DNA from: an uncultured archaeon
Lineage (GTDB): Archaea; Thermoplasmatota; Penumbrarchaeia; JASLWR01
Length of the DNA: 55,370 bases
Reading direction: 5' to 3'
Assembly: GCA_964342815.1 (NCBI GenBank)
Contig: CAYFHS010000026.1
Span: forward strand, 1-55,370
Shown here: positions 47,027 to 55,370 of the stretch, one piece after another
Position numbering within the stretch: the first letter of the stretch is position 1
Layout: each line of letters starts with the position of its first letter
The notes under the pieces: model-generated
The model's database searches: none
What the model saw: the letters and a program-made list of their open reading frames with translations, nothing else
Told to the model about the DNA's origin: nothing
Translations under genes and position numbers: made by a program

Positions 47027-49098
47027 TCGATCCTGTTTAACACCTTATCTTTCACAAAAGGCAATGCGCCTCCGGCCTTCAGCATCTCTATCTCTTTGTC
47101 TGATACGGCCAAGGTAACAGAAATTTCGCTGTTTCTCGTTGAATTTTTTACTACTAGTTTATTAATCCCGCCATTAATATCTCCAAGTCCGCCAAGGCTC
47201 AGTACATCCCCCTGTTCGATACCATTATAATCGGACGGATTTGAAAACTCCAAAGGCAGCATTCCCCATTGAATTAGGTTATCTCGGTGAATTCTTGCTA
47301 TGGATTTTGCAATTACAGCGGCAAGACCCAACCACATCGGGGCAATTGCAGCATGTTCCCTGGATGAGCCCTGGCCGTAGTTCTCGCCCCCCATAATGAA
47401 GAAGACCCTGGGGAGGTGGTCCGGGTTCATCTCCTCAGCCCTTTTTACAAAGGTATCATCAATGGGATTGAACACAAATTCAGAAATAGCTGGTATATTA
47501 GAGCGCAGGGGTAAAACCTTTGTACCAGCCATCATTATGTCATCTGTGGTTATGTCGTCACCAGTCCTCAAGAGTACCGGACCTTGGATGCTAGAGGGCA
47601 ATGGTTCGTTTATGGGACAGTCCTTGATATTGGGGCCTTTTAATACTGTAACTTCATTTCTTTGGGCTTTGCTAACTGGGTAGATGAACATGTTCTTCGC
47701 CGTAATAAAATTCTCCGGCTCATCGAATATCTCCGGTTTGATCTCGATTTCCGCCAACGGATCCACAAAACGGCCTCGAACCGCAAACAGCGCTGCTGAG
47801 GGTGCAGACAAGAGATAGCTTCCCGCGCTTTTCTCTCCTGAACGGCCATAGAAATTGCGGTTGAAACTGCGTACCGAGATACCGTTGGTTGGAGGACACT
47901 GCCCCATTCCGATGCATGGGCCGCAGGTGGCTTCCAGCAATCTCGCCCCGGAATCGACGATGTGTTCGAGAAGATTCTCTTTTGCCATCTGGGCAAGTAC
48001 GTTTTTGGAACCCGGTGAAACCGTCATACCAACATGAGAAGCGATGGTTTGTCCCTTCAGAATTGTTGATACTGTTGCTAGTGCAAGGTATGATGCGTTA
48101 GTGCAGGAGCCAACGGATGACTGATCTATCTCTAGGTTGCGCTGGTACAATCGTGAAAGATGTTCCTGAACTGCTACCTTTACGTTTGCAGGAAGAGTTT
48201 CCAAGATCTCTTCGATGGGTTTCCTTTCTACCAGATCGCGTATTTTAACGACGTTTCCAGGGCTATGTGGGAGAGCCACCATCGGTTCTAATGCTGAAAG
48301 GTCCAACTCGATTATCTCATCGTATACTGCATCGGGATCGGCAGTAAATGGTCGGTACCCGTCCACACGCCCCTGAGCATTCAGGAAATGCCTGGTTTGT
48401 TCATCAGATGGAAAAATCGAAGTGGTTGCGCCCAGTTCCGCACCCATATTTGTAATGGTAGCTCTCTCAGGGACCGTGAGATCATGAATACCTGGACCAT
48501 CATACTCGAACACCCTTTTGAGGCCCCCTTTCACTCCAAGCCTTCTCAAGAGCTCAAGTATCACGTCCATGGCCGTAACCCAAGGTTTGCGAAGTGCACC
48601 GGTCAGATGAACCTTTACTACTTTAGGATATTTTAACTCGAATGGCTCTCCAGCCATGGATGTGGCTATAACGAGGCCGCCCACTCCAATGGCCATGGCT
48701 CCTACGCCTCCGCCGGTTGTAGTATGGGAATCGGAACCCAAAAAGATCATTCCGGGCCTTGCGAAGTTCTCAAGGTTTACCTGATGAAGAATCCCATTTC
48801 CAGGGCGGCTGAGAATCGCTCCTTTCTTGGCTGCTATCGTACGCAGGAACTGGTGGTCGTCATAGTTCCGAAAATCAGCTTGTAATGTATTGTGATCGAT
48901 GTAGGAGACCACTAAAGGGATCTGGACTTCAGGTAGATCTATTGCCTCGAATTCCAACCAGGCCATTGTCCCGGTCGCGTCTTGAGTTATGCACTCATCT
49001 ACCTTCACGAAAATGGGATCACCCGGCGAATAACTCTCCGCCTTCCTTCCGGAAATGTCATGAGCCTCGAGTATTTTTTGTGTTAGTGTTAAACCCAT
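47023..49098 (-). CDS. acnA: Aconitate hydratase (small mitochondrial-like type)
   Basis: TQDATG, DHN, GNGILHQ, DSHT, GSCTN, CGPCIG (three cluster Cys), GQGSSREHA; GAGGTGA before ATG 49098. Confidence 0.9.
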   Translation of the reverse strand: MGLTLTQKILEAHDISGRKAESYSPGDPIFVKVDECITQDATGTMAWLEFEAIDLPEVQIPLVVSYIDHNTLQADFRNYDDHQFLRTIAAKKGAILSRPGNGILHQVNLENFARPGMIFLGSDSHTTTGGGVGAMAIGVGGLVIATSMAGEPFELKYPKVVKVHLTGALRKPWVTAMDVILELLRRLGVKGGLKRVFEYDGPGIHDLTVPERATITNMGAELGATTSIFPSDEQTRHFLNAQGRVDGYRPFTADPDAVYDEIIELDLSALEPMVALPHSPGNVVKIRDLVERKPIEEILETLPANVKVAVQEHLSRLYQRNLEIDQSSVGSCTNASYLALATVSTILKGQTIASHVGMTVSPGSKNVLAQMAKENLLEHIVDSGARLLEATCGPCIGMGQCPPTNGISVRSFNRNFYGRSGEKSAGSYLLSAPSAALFAVRGRFVDPLAEIEIKPEIFDEPENFITAKNMFIYPVSKAQRNEVTVLKGPNIKDCPINEPLPSSIQGPVLLRTGDDITTDDIMMAGTKVLPLRSNIPAISEFVFNPIDDTFVKRAEEMNPDHLPRVFFIMGGENYGQGSSREHAAIAPMWLGLAAVIAKSIARIHRDNLIQWGMLPLEFSNPSDYNGIEQGDVLSLGGLGDINGGINKLVVKNSTRNSEISVTLAVSDKEIEMLKAGGALPFVKDKVLNRID

Positions 49099-49114
49099 TC
49101 GATTCACCTCTTCG

Positions 49115-50338
49115 TTAGATCCCCAGTTTGTCATTCAATCTATTTGCCACCTCATCGATGAACTCTTCTGTAAAAACCTTCCTGTTATTAGGATTCGGTG
49201 TTGCTACCAGCATAAGATCACCTGTCATTATTCCATCTTCGATAGTTTCTTTGGCTGCCTCTTCAAGCATCTCAGCAAAATTAATAAGGTCCGGATTAGC
49301 ATCCAATTCACCCCTCTTCTTCAAGCAGCCGGACCAAGCGAATATTAGGGCCATTGAGTTAGTTGAGGTCTTCTCACCTTCAAGGTGCTGGTAATAATGT
49401 TTCTGAACCGTCCCATGAGCGGCCTCGTATTCGAAATAACCATGGGGCGATACAAGGACTGAAGTCATCATGGCAAGGCTGCCGTATGAAGATGCCAGCA
49501 TGTCCGACATAACGTCCCCGTCATAATTCTTTAAAGCCCACAGCATTCCGCCCTCGGACTTCATTATCCTTGCAACAGCATCGTCAATAAGAGTAAAAAA
49601 ATATGTCAATCCTGCATCTTCAAATTTCTTTTTCCAGTTCGCTTCATACTCGGCTTCGAAAATATCCCTGAAGTTCACATCATAAGTTTTCGAAATAGTA
49701 TCCTTGGTGCTGAACCAAAGATCAACTTTCTGATCGAATGCATACGTAAAACTTGCCTTGGCAAAGCTTTTTATCGATTGATCTGTGTTATGTATACCCT
49801 GAAGGATTCCAGGTCCGTTAAAATCCATTATGGTCTTTCTGATAGGTGCACCGCCGTCTTGCGGGGTGAACACGAGCTCGCCCTTGCCAGGCCCGGAGAC
49901 ACGGATCTCCTGGTTTTTATACACATCACCGTATGCATGTCTCCCGATGTGGATGGGCTTTTTCCATTTTCTGACGAAGGGAGGAATATTATTCACAAGG
50001 ATCGGTGCCCTGAAAACAGTTCCGTCAAGCATTCCCCGGATCGTTCCATTGGGGCTTCTCCATTGTTTCTTGAGGTTGTATTCCTTTACCCTTGCAGCAT
50101 TGGGTGTGATTGTTGCACACTTAACGCCTACCTTATGTTCCTTGATTGCGTTTGCTGCCTTGATGGTTATCCCGTCATCGGTATCGTCTCTCTTCTTGAG
50201 ACCCAGATCGAAATACTCGGTTCTCATTTCCAAGTAAGGAAAGAGGAGTTTCTCTTTTACCATATGCCACATGATCCTGGTCATCTCATCTCCGTCAATC
50301 TCAACGATCGGTTTTTCAACTTTTATCTTGTCTGCCAA
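49115..50338 (-). CDS. icd: NADP-dependent isocitrate dehydrogenase (eukaryote-like/type II)
   Basis: [45 protein letters not shown] motifs; GGAGG before TTG; 16 nt upstream of acnA. Confidence 0.95.
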   Translation of the reverse strand: MADKIKVEKPIVEIDGDEMTRIMWHMVKEKLLFPYLEMRTEYFDLGLKKRDDTDDGITIKAANAIKEHKVGVKCATITPNAARVKEYNLKKQWRSPNGTIRGMLDGTVFRAPILVNNIPPFVRKWKKPIHIGRHAYGDVYKNQEIRVSGPGKGELVFTPQDGGAPIRKTIMDFNGPGILQGIHNTDQSIKSFAKASFTYAFDQKVDLWFSTKDTISKTYDVNFRDIFEAEYEANWKKKFEDAGLTYFFTLIDDAVARIMKSEGGMLWALKNYDGDVMSDMLASSYGSLAMMTSVLVSPHGYFEYEAAHGTVQKHYYQHLEGEKTSTNSMALIFAWSGCLKKRGELDANPDLINFAEMLEEAAKETIEDGIMTGDLMLVATPNPNNRKVFTEEFIDEVANRLNDKLGI

Positions 50339-50584
50339 TCAAATTCCTCCTAAAATATTGATAGAAAATATCAGATTATGAAAATTTGTCCTCTCTATAT
50401 AAAATTTTTCTCTTAAGAGACTTTGTAAGTTACCTAAAAAACGGAAACGATGAACGGGAGCAATAATATTGGGCAAGTTTCATTATTTTTTCTTTGACAT
50501 GTCCAAAATTAACGATTAGATTTAGATTTATGTTGAATTTCGAGGAAAATTTTATCATTAAGCTACTCAATTATACTAAATAAC

Positions 50585-51682
50585 ATGGTCGAATTCCTTT
50601 CAACAAACGAAAAGAAGGTTCTTTACGGTCTTGTCAGCCTTCCCCGCATGACCGATAAGGAGATTGCTCGAGCTCTCGATATCAAATATTCAACCTTCAA
50701 TACCGTTAGACAGAGATTATACGAACGAGGAATGTTCACTCCATTGAAGATTCCGGACCTGCATCGCCTGGGCTGCGAGATGATGGCAGTGGTCTATACG
50801 AGTTTCAATCCGATCATTTCCGTGGAAGAAAGGGTGGAAAAGACCAGGGGGAATATAGAAATATTTGACGAAATGGTTTTATCCGTGGGTGAGATCCATC
50901 GTGGATTCTCCATATCATTCTCGGAAAATTATACAAACCTATGCCGGATAAATGATATTCGAATGAACTTCTTTGGCAAGAACAACCTCCTTGAGGAAGA
51001 GCACCCCATAGAGGTCCTTTTCCCGTTCGAATTATCCACCATTGCCCGGTTTTTTGATTATTCCCAGTTTCTGAGAGTTCATTTCAACATGGACCGGATA
51101 CTGGAAAATATTCCCCGGGACAGCCCGATATTCCATGTTACAAGAGTTGCCGACATGTTCGAGTTCAACGAGGAAGTAAAGCTTACAACCGCTGAAAGGA
51201 AAGTACTGCTGGCCGCACTGAAGAACCCTGCTTATAATTACGCCAAAATAGCCGAAGAGACGAAAATGTCCCGTCATACGGTTTCCGCAGCTCATAGGAA
51301 ATTGGAATTGAGCGGCCTTATTACTCCAATAAACCTTATCGATGTTAAAAAGCTGGGTATCGAGATAATTACTCTTTCCCACACCCAATTATCCCCAAAA
51401 TCAGGGAATGTCAGGAAAATGGTGGAAGAAGAGATAGAGAAGTCTCCTTACGTCGTTTTCATGGCATCAAGAGAGTTTGAGATCGTCACCATATCCGTTT
51501 TCAAGAACTTCGATTATTTCAAATCTGAAAAATGGCGGATACTCCGACTGATGAAGGAGAACGGCATTAGCGGTGAAACACAGATTAACAGGCTTTTTTC
51601 ATTGAACAAGCTGGTAACTATAAAGAAAATAAGTTTTGCGCCTCTCGTGGAAAAACTTCTGGGTATGGGGAGTGAAAGCTGA
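50585..51682 (+). CDS. Tandem-duplicated Lrp/AsnC-like transcription regulator
   Basis: Two homologous halves: LSTNEKKVL...IARAL...RLYERG...PDLHRLG and LTTAERKVL...IAEET...KLELSG...IDVKKLG. Confidence 0.8.
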   Translation: MVEFLSTNEKKVLYGLVSLPRMTDKEIARALDIKYSTFNTVRQRLYERGMFTPLKIPDLHRLGCEMMAVVYTSFNPIISVEERVEKTRGNIEIFDEMVLSVGEIHRGFSISFSENYTNLCRINDIRMNFFGKNNLLEEEHPIEVLFPFELSTIARFFDYSQFLRVHFNMDRILENIPRDSPIFHVTRVADMFEFNEEVKLTTAERKVLLAALKNPAYNYAKIAEETKMSRHTVSAAHRKLELSGLITPINLIDVKKLGIEIITLSHTQLSPKSGNVRKMVEEEIEKSPYVVFMASREFEIVTISVFKNFDYFKSEKWRILRLMKENGISGETQINRLFSLNKLVTIKKISFAPLVEKLLGMGSES

Positions 51683-51752
51683 ACAAGGGTGCGTCTTAGA
51701 ATTTATTAGTCGATTCAGAGGAAAATACTCCCATTGGGTTCCAACTTCTTTA

Positions 51753-51767
51753 CGCAATATTTATAAG
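51753..51767 (+). promoter_or_regulatory. BRE/TATA of tRNA-Thr
   Basis: CGCAA-TATTTATAAG about 30 nt upstream of the mature tRNA 5' end. Confidence 0.65.
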
Positions 51768-51793
51768 AAATAATTTCTATTATCCGGCGACAT

Positions 51794-51866
51794 GCCACCA
51801 TAGCTCAGCAGGTGGAGCAGCTGACTTGTAATCAGCAGGTCGGGGGTTCGAATCCCTCTGGTGGCT
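51794..51866 (+). tRNA. tRNA-Thr(UGU), intronless, CCA not encoded
   Basis: Acceptor GCCACCA/TGGTGGC plus discriminator T; anticodon arm GCTGA-CTTGTAA-TCAGC; T-loop GGTTCGAATCC. Confidence 0.97.
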
Positions 51867-51892
51867 CTTACTTTACACTGCAAATCCCCTGG

Positions 51893-51907
51893 GAAAACTT
51901 TATATAG
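51893..51907 (+). promoter_or_regulatory. BRE/TATA of the integrase gene (probably leaderless transcript)
   Basis: GAAAA-CTTTATATAG; TATA core about 28 nt upstream of ATG 51930; no SD-like sequence. Confidence 0.55.
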
Positions 51908-51929
51908 TAGCTAGGGCTATGGCCAAATT

Positions 51930-53162
51930 ATGGGAATTATTGACTACTCCAATCGGATCGGCAACGTCCTTGCAAGGATCAGGACGGGGCCGAATGTTTC
52001 TGAGGAGAACCGGGAGATCATTCTTGAATATTACCGACACCTGCAGCTCAGTGATTATTCTGCCGCGAGAACATACAAGATACTGACGCATCTCTGCAAG
52101 ATTGCCGAGAACATTGATTTTGATCTCAAAAAGGCTATCCGAGGGGACATCGAGAATTTCGTTATCTGGTTGAAAGAGAGGACGGATATCAACGATACAA
52201 CCCGGGTCGATTACAAGACTGTTATGAAAACCTTCTATAAATGGCTGAACGGCGGTGAGAGGTTTCCCGAATGTATCGAATGGATGAAGGCTACACATCG
52301 ACATATCAACAAGAAATTACCGGAGGCCATGTACTCTGAGGACGACGTCCGAAGATTGATCGAAGGTGCAGGGACCCTCCGGGATAAGGCTTTTATTTCG
52401 CTTTTATGGGAGACCGGTGCCAGGATCGGAGAGATCTATGATATCAAAGTAGGTGACCTGGATGAACACAAATACGGTCTCAAGGTTGTGGTGAACGGAA
52501 AGACTGGACCTAGAAGACTTCTTCTCATAAGCTCGGTCCCTCATATCAACCAGTGGCTGAACGCTCACCCCAACGGGAGAAAAAGCGACGCTCCGCTGTG
52601 GATTAATTTAGGTACTAAGGGTACGGGAAAGAAAACAGGTTACAGGGCTCTAACCAACGCTATTGAGAAGGCTAGAAAGAATGCGGGGCTGGACAAGCCG
52701 GTGAATCCTCACCATTTCAGGCACTCGAGGGCAACCTATCTAGCCAACAAATTCACAGAAGCGCAATTATGTGAATGGTTCGGATGGGTGCAGGGAAGTG
52801 ATATACCGGCAAGATACGTCCATCTTTCAGGCAGAGAGATCGACGTGGAGTACGGAAGATTACATGGTATCAAGGATAAGGAGGAATCGAAGATTTCAAA
52901 ACTTGCGCCTACCAAATGCCCTCGATGCGATAAAAGGATCCCACCGGATGCCCAGTTCTGCTACATGTGCGGGATGGCGTTGACCGTAGAAGCCGGAAGG
53001 GACATAGAGGAGAAGGAGCAAGAGCTTGCTGTTGATTTCTCAAGGGTCGCAAAAGAGGACCCGCAGGTTTTGGATGACATGCAGAAGTTCGTGGGTTTGC
53101 TGAAATTGTTGGAGGACAACCCAGAGCTTCTCGAGAAAGCAAAGAGGCTTATGGGTAAATAA
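51930..53162 (+). CDS. Tyrosine recombinase/integrase with C-terminal zinc ribbon (archaeal tRNA-targeting type)
   Basis: ETGARIGE (R), GKTG (K), HHFRHSR (HxxR), FGW, ARYVHL (Y); CPRC...CYMC. Confidence 0.95.
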   Translation: MGIIDYSNRIGNVLARIRTGPNVSEENREIILEYYRHLQLSDYSAARTYKILTHLCKIAENIDFDLKKAIRGDIENFVIWLKERTDINDTTRVDYKTVMKTFYKWLNGGERFPECIEWMKATHRHINKKLPEAMYSEDDVRRLIEGAGTLRDKAFISLLWETGARIGEIYDIKVGDLDEHKYGLKVVVNGKTGPRRLLLISSVPHINQWLNAHPNGRKSDAPLWINLGTKGTGKKTGYRALTNAIEKARKNAGLDKPVNPHHFRHSRATYLANKFTEAQLCEWFGWVQGSDIPARYVHLSGREIDVEYGRLHGIKDKEESKISKLAPTKCPRCDKRIPPDAQFCYMCGMALTVEAGRDIEEKEQELAVDFSRVAKEDPQVLDDMQKFVGLLKLLEDNPELLEKAKRLMGK

Positions 53163-53277
53163 CACTTAAACCCGTGAACGTGACAGTTATGCGTTCATTC
53201 TCCGTTAAAATACAGTTTTATAACCCCCTAGAAACTTTAATTCCTTATAATATTTGTTTAATACTATTAAATTTAAG

Positions 53278-53296
53278 GGTTTTGTATTACAAAACC
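53278..53296. promoter_or_regulatory. Perfect 19-bp palindrome, operator-like
   Basis: GGTTTTGTA-T-TACAAAACC. Confidence 0.5.
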
Positions 53297-53411
53297 ACAC
53301 GAAACCGAAAGAAATTATTGAGAAAAGTAGATATTAATTAGAAATGTTTAAATAAATTAATGCCAATATGTTTATTATTCTGTAAATAAGTTTGATTGCA
53401 GAGGGATTTGT

Positions 53412-53573
53412 ATGGATAAGGAGATATTAGCATACTACAGTGCCAACAAGGATTGGTTATTTTCTCTGACACGGCTAAACTCTCCTTTCATCAGAGCGAT
53501 TGCAAGGGCAGTCATAGAAAGTGCAAAACACAAAATCGAATCAGAGCATAGGGGATATAATGGAAAACAATGA
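53412..53573 (+). CDS. 53-aa micro-protein MDKEILAYYSANKDWLFSLTRLNSPFIRAIARAVIESAKHKIESEHRGYNGKQ
   Basis: GAGGGA upstream; its stop overlaps the next ORF by 14 nt. Confidence 0.55.
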   Translation: MDKEILAYYSANKDWLFSLTRLNSPFIRAIARAVIESAKHKIESEHRGYNGKQ

Positions 53574-53685
53574 AAGAGAATTGTTATTGATAGAAGAGCT
53601 TGCACGGCATGGAAGTTCCATTACAATACGGTCTATCGCTCTCGCGCTTCTTAAAAAGAAAATAGAAGGACATCAATATGAGTAA
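53560..53685 (+). CDS. 41-aa micro-protein MENNERELLLIEELARHGSSITIRSIALALLKKKIEGHQYE
   Basis: GGGGA upstream; overlaps the previous ORF (14 nt) and the next ORF (8 nt); shares a motif with the previous ORF. Confidence 0.55.
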   Translation: MENNERELLLIEELARHGSSITIRSIALALLKKKIEGHQYE

Positions 53686-53938
53686 GGAATGTTACGCATT
53701 GAGGGTAGAAAAGGACATTCATCAGTTGTTTACTTCTGATGAAGGTCAAGAACTTCGAAAGGAGTTAAGTGAAATAATGACAATATTTTCCTGTGTGACA
53801 AAATTAAAAAAAGATAAGGCTGCTTCAAATCTCGATCGCAATAAGATAATGGCGGAATCATTGTATCAACATTACACACTAAAATCTGAAGAAAAAAAAG
53901 CGCTATTGCAAGTCGGAAGGAAGAAGTTTAAACGATGA
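53678..53938 (+). CDS. 86-aa hypothetical protein, possibly with a ribbon-helix-helix-like N-terminus
   Basis: ATG coupled to the upstream stop; YALRV strand followed by a helical EKDIHQLF segment (weak). Confidence 0.55.
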   Translation: MSKECYALRVEKDIHQLFTSDEGQELRKELSEIMTIFSCVTKLKKDKAASNLDRNKIMAESLYQHYTLKSEEKKALLQVGRKKFKR

Positions 53939-54717
53939 TATCCCCAAATACCAATCAGATAAATAGAAAAGAATGTGAATAGTTCTTTCAATTCATTCTC
54001 CATACGAAGAGACATCTCTCAATCTTGTACATACCTGTAATAAAAATCTCTTGAAGTTTTCATTTTCATGTATTCCCCAGCCTATGAGGTGCAGGTCTTT
54101 ATCCTGTTTAATTTTTATATTCTCTTATATCCTTTTAAACACATTTCTCCTAGAACGATCCGAAATGTTGAGGTAAAGGTTCTAAGAAAGTTTCAATTGC
54201 CTTAAGTGTTCTTTAACGATTATGTCCATTTTTCAAGCGAGATAAAATGTTTGAGTTTCTCATTTAATTTGAAACGATGATTTTCGTGCATCCCACTCCC
54301 TGAAACGTTTAATCTTGAAAAAATAATGAGCCTGCGTTTAGTCTTTATCATTGAGCATACTCTGGAATTTATTGTACTTTACCATCGAGTATTTTAGGGA
54401 TTTAGTCCAATGAATAAACAAGCGTTAACAGAGGTTAATGAATGTAAATGTTTTTTATAATAGATTTGTACAATAATCGGTTGTTAACAAGATTTTATGA
54501 CTGTTAATCTTTGATATTTTCTTAAGTTTACATGCGTTAACAATTATTAACATAATGAAGGACCATATTTTTTTTTCAATATAAGATTTGTTGTGACACA
54601 CAGCATGATTGGTAGAAAATACCCCTATCCAGTAGAGAAATAAAAGTAGCGAGGAGTAGATTTGAACTACTAATAGATTCACATTCTCCAGAGGTTCATC
54701 AAGAGCCTTGAAATTAT

Positions 54718-55365
54718 TCACTTCTCCAAAAACCTCAAATATCCCCGTATCGCCTTCCCCTCTCTCGTAATCTCGAAAAACAAGTCCCTTCCCTCCCTTC
54801 TCGACACTACCATCCCATCGTTCTCAAGAGACTTCAGAGCGACATGCACATCGTTCCTATCCGCTCCAAACCGTCTGGCCAGATTCCCTATCGTGTCTTC
54901 GTCCCCGATATTCCTCAGTATAAGCCTCCTTAAACCTGGAGAACCTCGCGGCGGCCCTCTATCGAGTTCCTTCCTCGGATACTTCTGGTCGACGGTCAGG
55001 TGGCTTAAAACCGGAAACTCAATAATACGGTCCTCCAGCACCTCGTAGAGCTGTAAACCCATGTTAAACCCTACCGTGGCCACTGCAAGGGCAAGCGTCT
55101 TTGTGGAACCGGTTATATTCAATCGGAGCGTGTTCTTTCTCGCTACATTTCCCATCCGGCCTGTAACCACCGCCGGGCCGATCGTTTCCTCTGCAAGTAG
55201 CTGCTGTAAAGGTGCAATAAGACCATTGTGAGAGCTCCAGAAATCCTGTATGTCCGATAGCTCGATAAAACGAAAACATTCCTTTCTAAGGATCCCAGAC
55301 CCAATTATTTCCCTTAATTCTCCGATATATCTAGTTTCTTCATCGCTATTTATTCTTTCATACAA
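54718..55365 (-). CDS. CARF-like (Csa3/DUF6293-type) + C-terminal winged-HTH regulator, probably truncated by the window edge
   Basis: LRLNITGSTKTLALAV...LYEV..RIIEFP resembles the CARF 'N-x-T-G-G-x-K' core; TIGNLARRF..DRNDVHVALKSLENDGMV..RREGR..FEIT is a wHTH. Frame is open to the window end. Confidence 0.7.
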   Translation of the reverse strand: MYERINSDEETRYIGELREIIGSGILRKECFRFIELSDIQDFWSSHNGLIAPLQQLLAEETIGPAVVTGRMGNVARKNTLRLNITGSTKTLALAVATVGFNMGLQLYEVLEDRIIEFPVLSHLTVDQKYPRKELDRGPPRGSPGLRRLILRNIGDEDTIGNLARRFGADRNDVHVALKSLENDGMVVSRREGRDLFFEITREGKAIRGYLRFLEK

Positions 55366-55370
55366 TCCCT

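Larger units (their letters stand above)
51867..55370. mobile_element. Probable left end of an element integrated at tRNA-Thr (extent unknown)
   Basis: Integrase starts 63 nt after the tRNA; abrupt AT-rich sequence from ~53160; micro-ORFs. The second att copy is not in the window. Confidence 0.55.

Noticed and set aside
54998-55005. Second att site (GGTGGCT match to the tRNA 3' end)
   Set aside because: Only a 7-nt match inside a coding region; expected by chance.

Overview
An archaeal window, most likely an uncultured Thermoplasmatota-like lineage. This is inferred from DUF531, an archaeal coiled-coil gene, a tandem Lrp regulator, an archaeal-type integrase, BRE/TATA promoters, GGAGGTGA-type ribosome sites and a tRNA without encoded CCA. 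It has three parts. (1) 1280-38368: an island of eight giant genes (1143-2387 aa ORFs, about 34 kb coding). Each encodes signal peptide + modular glycosylated ectodomain + one TM helix + long cytoplasmic tail. They include a tandem triplet of paralogs with a divergent head and a conserved C-terminal zinc ribbon, bracketed by two 7-bladed FG-GAP/PKD paralogs. (2) 38509-51682: housekeeping genes (TudS-like, DUF531, fba-fbp, larB, coiled-coil, enoyl-CoA hydratase, SRAP, aconitase-icd, tandem Lrp). (3) 51794-end: tRNA-Thr(UGU) followed by a tyrosine integrase, an AT-rich stretch with three overlapping micro-ORFs, and a truncated CARF-like+wHTH gene; this is probably the left end of an integrated element. 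The best candidate for an undescribed system is the surface-protein island. Unrelated ectodomains share intracellular modules ([LM]ALPP motif, zinc ribbons, a helical bundle, acidic-aromatic tails) and a post-signal R-G/R-A motif, suggesting a common receptor-like trafficking or signalling machinery. All domain calls are by eye; no database searches were run.
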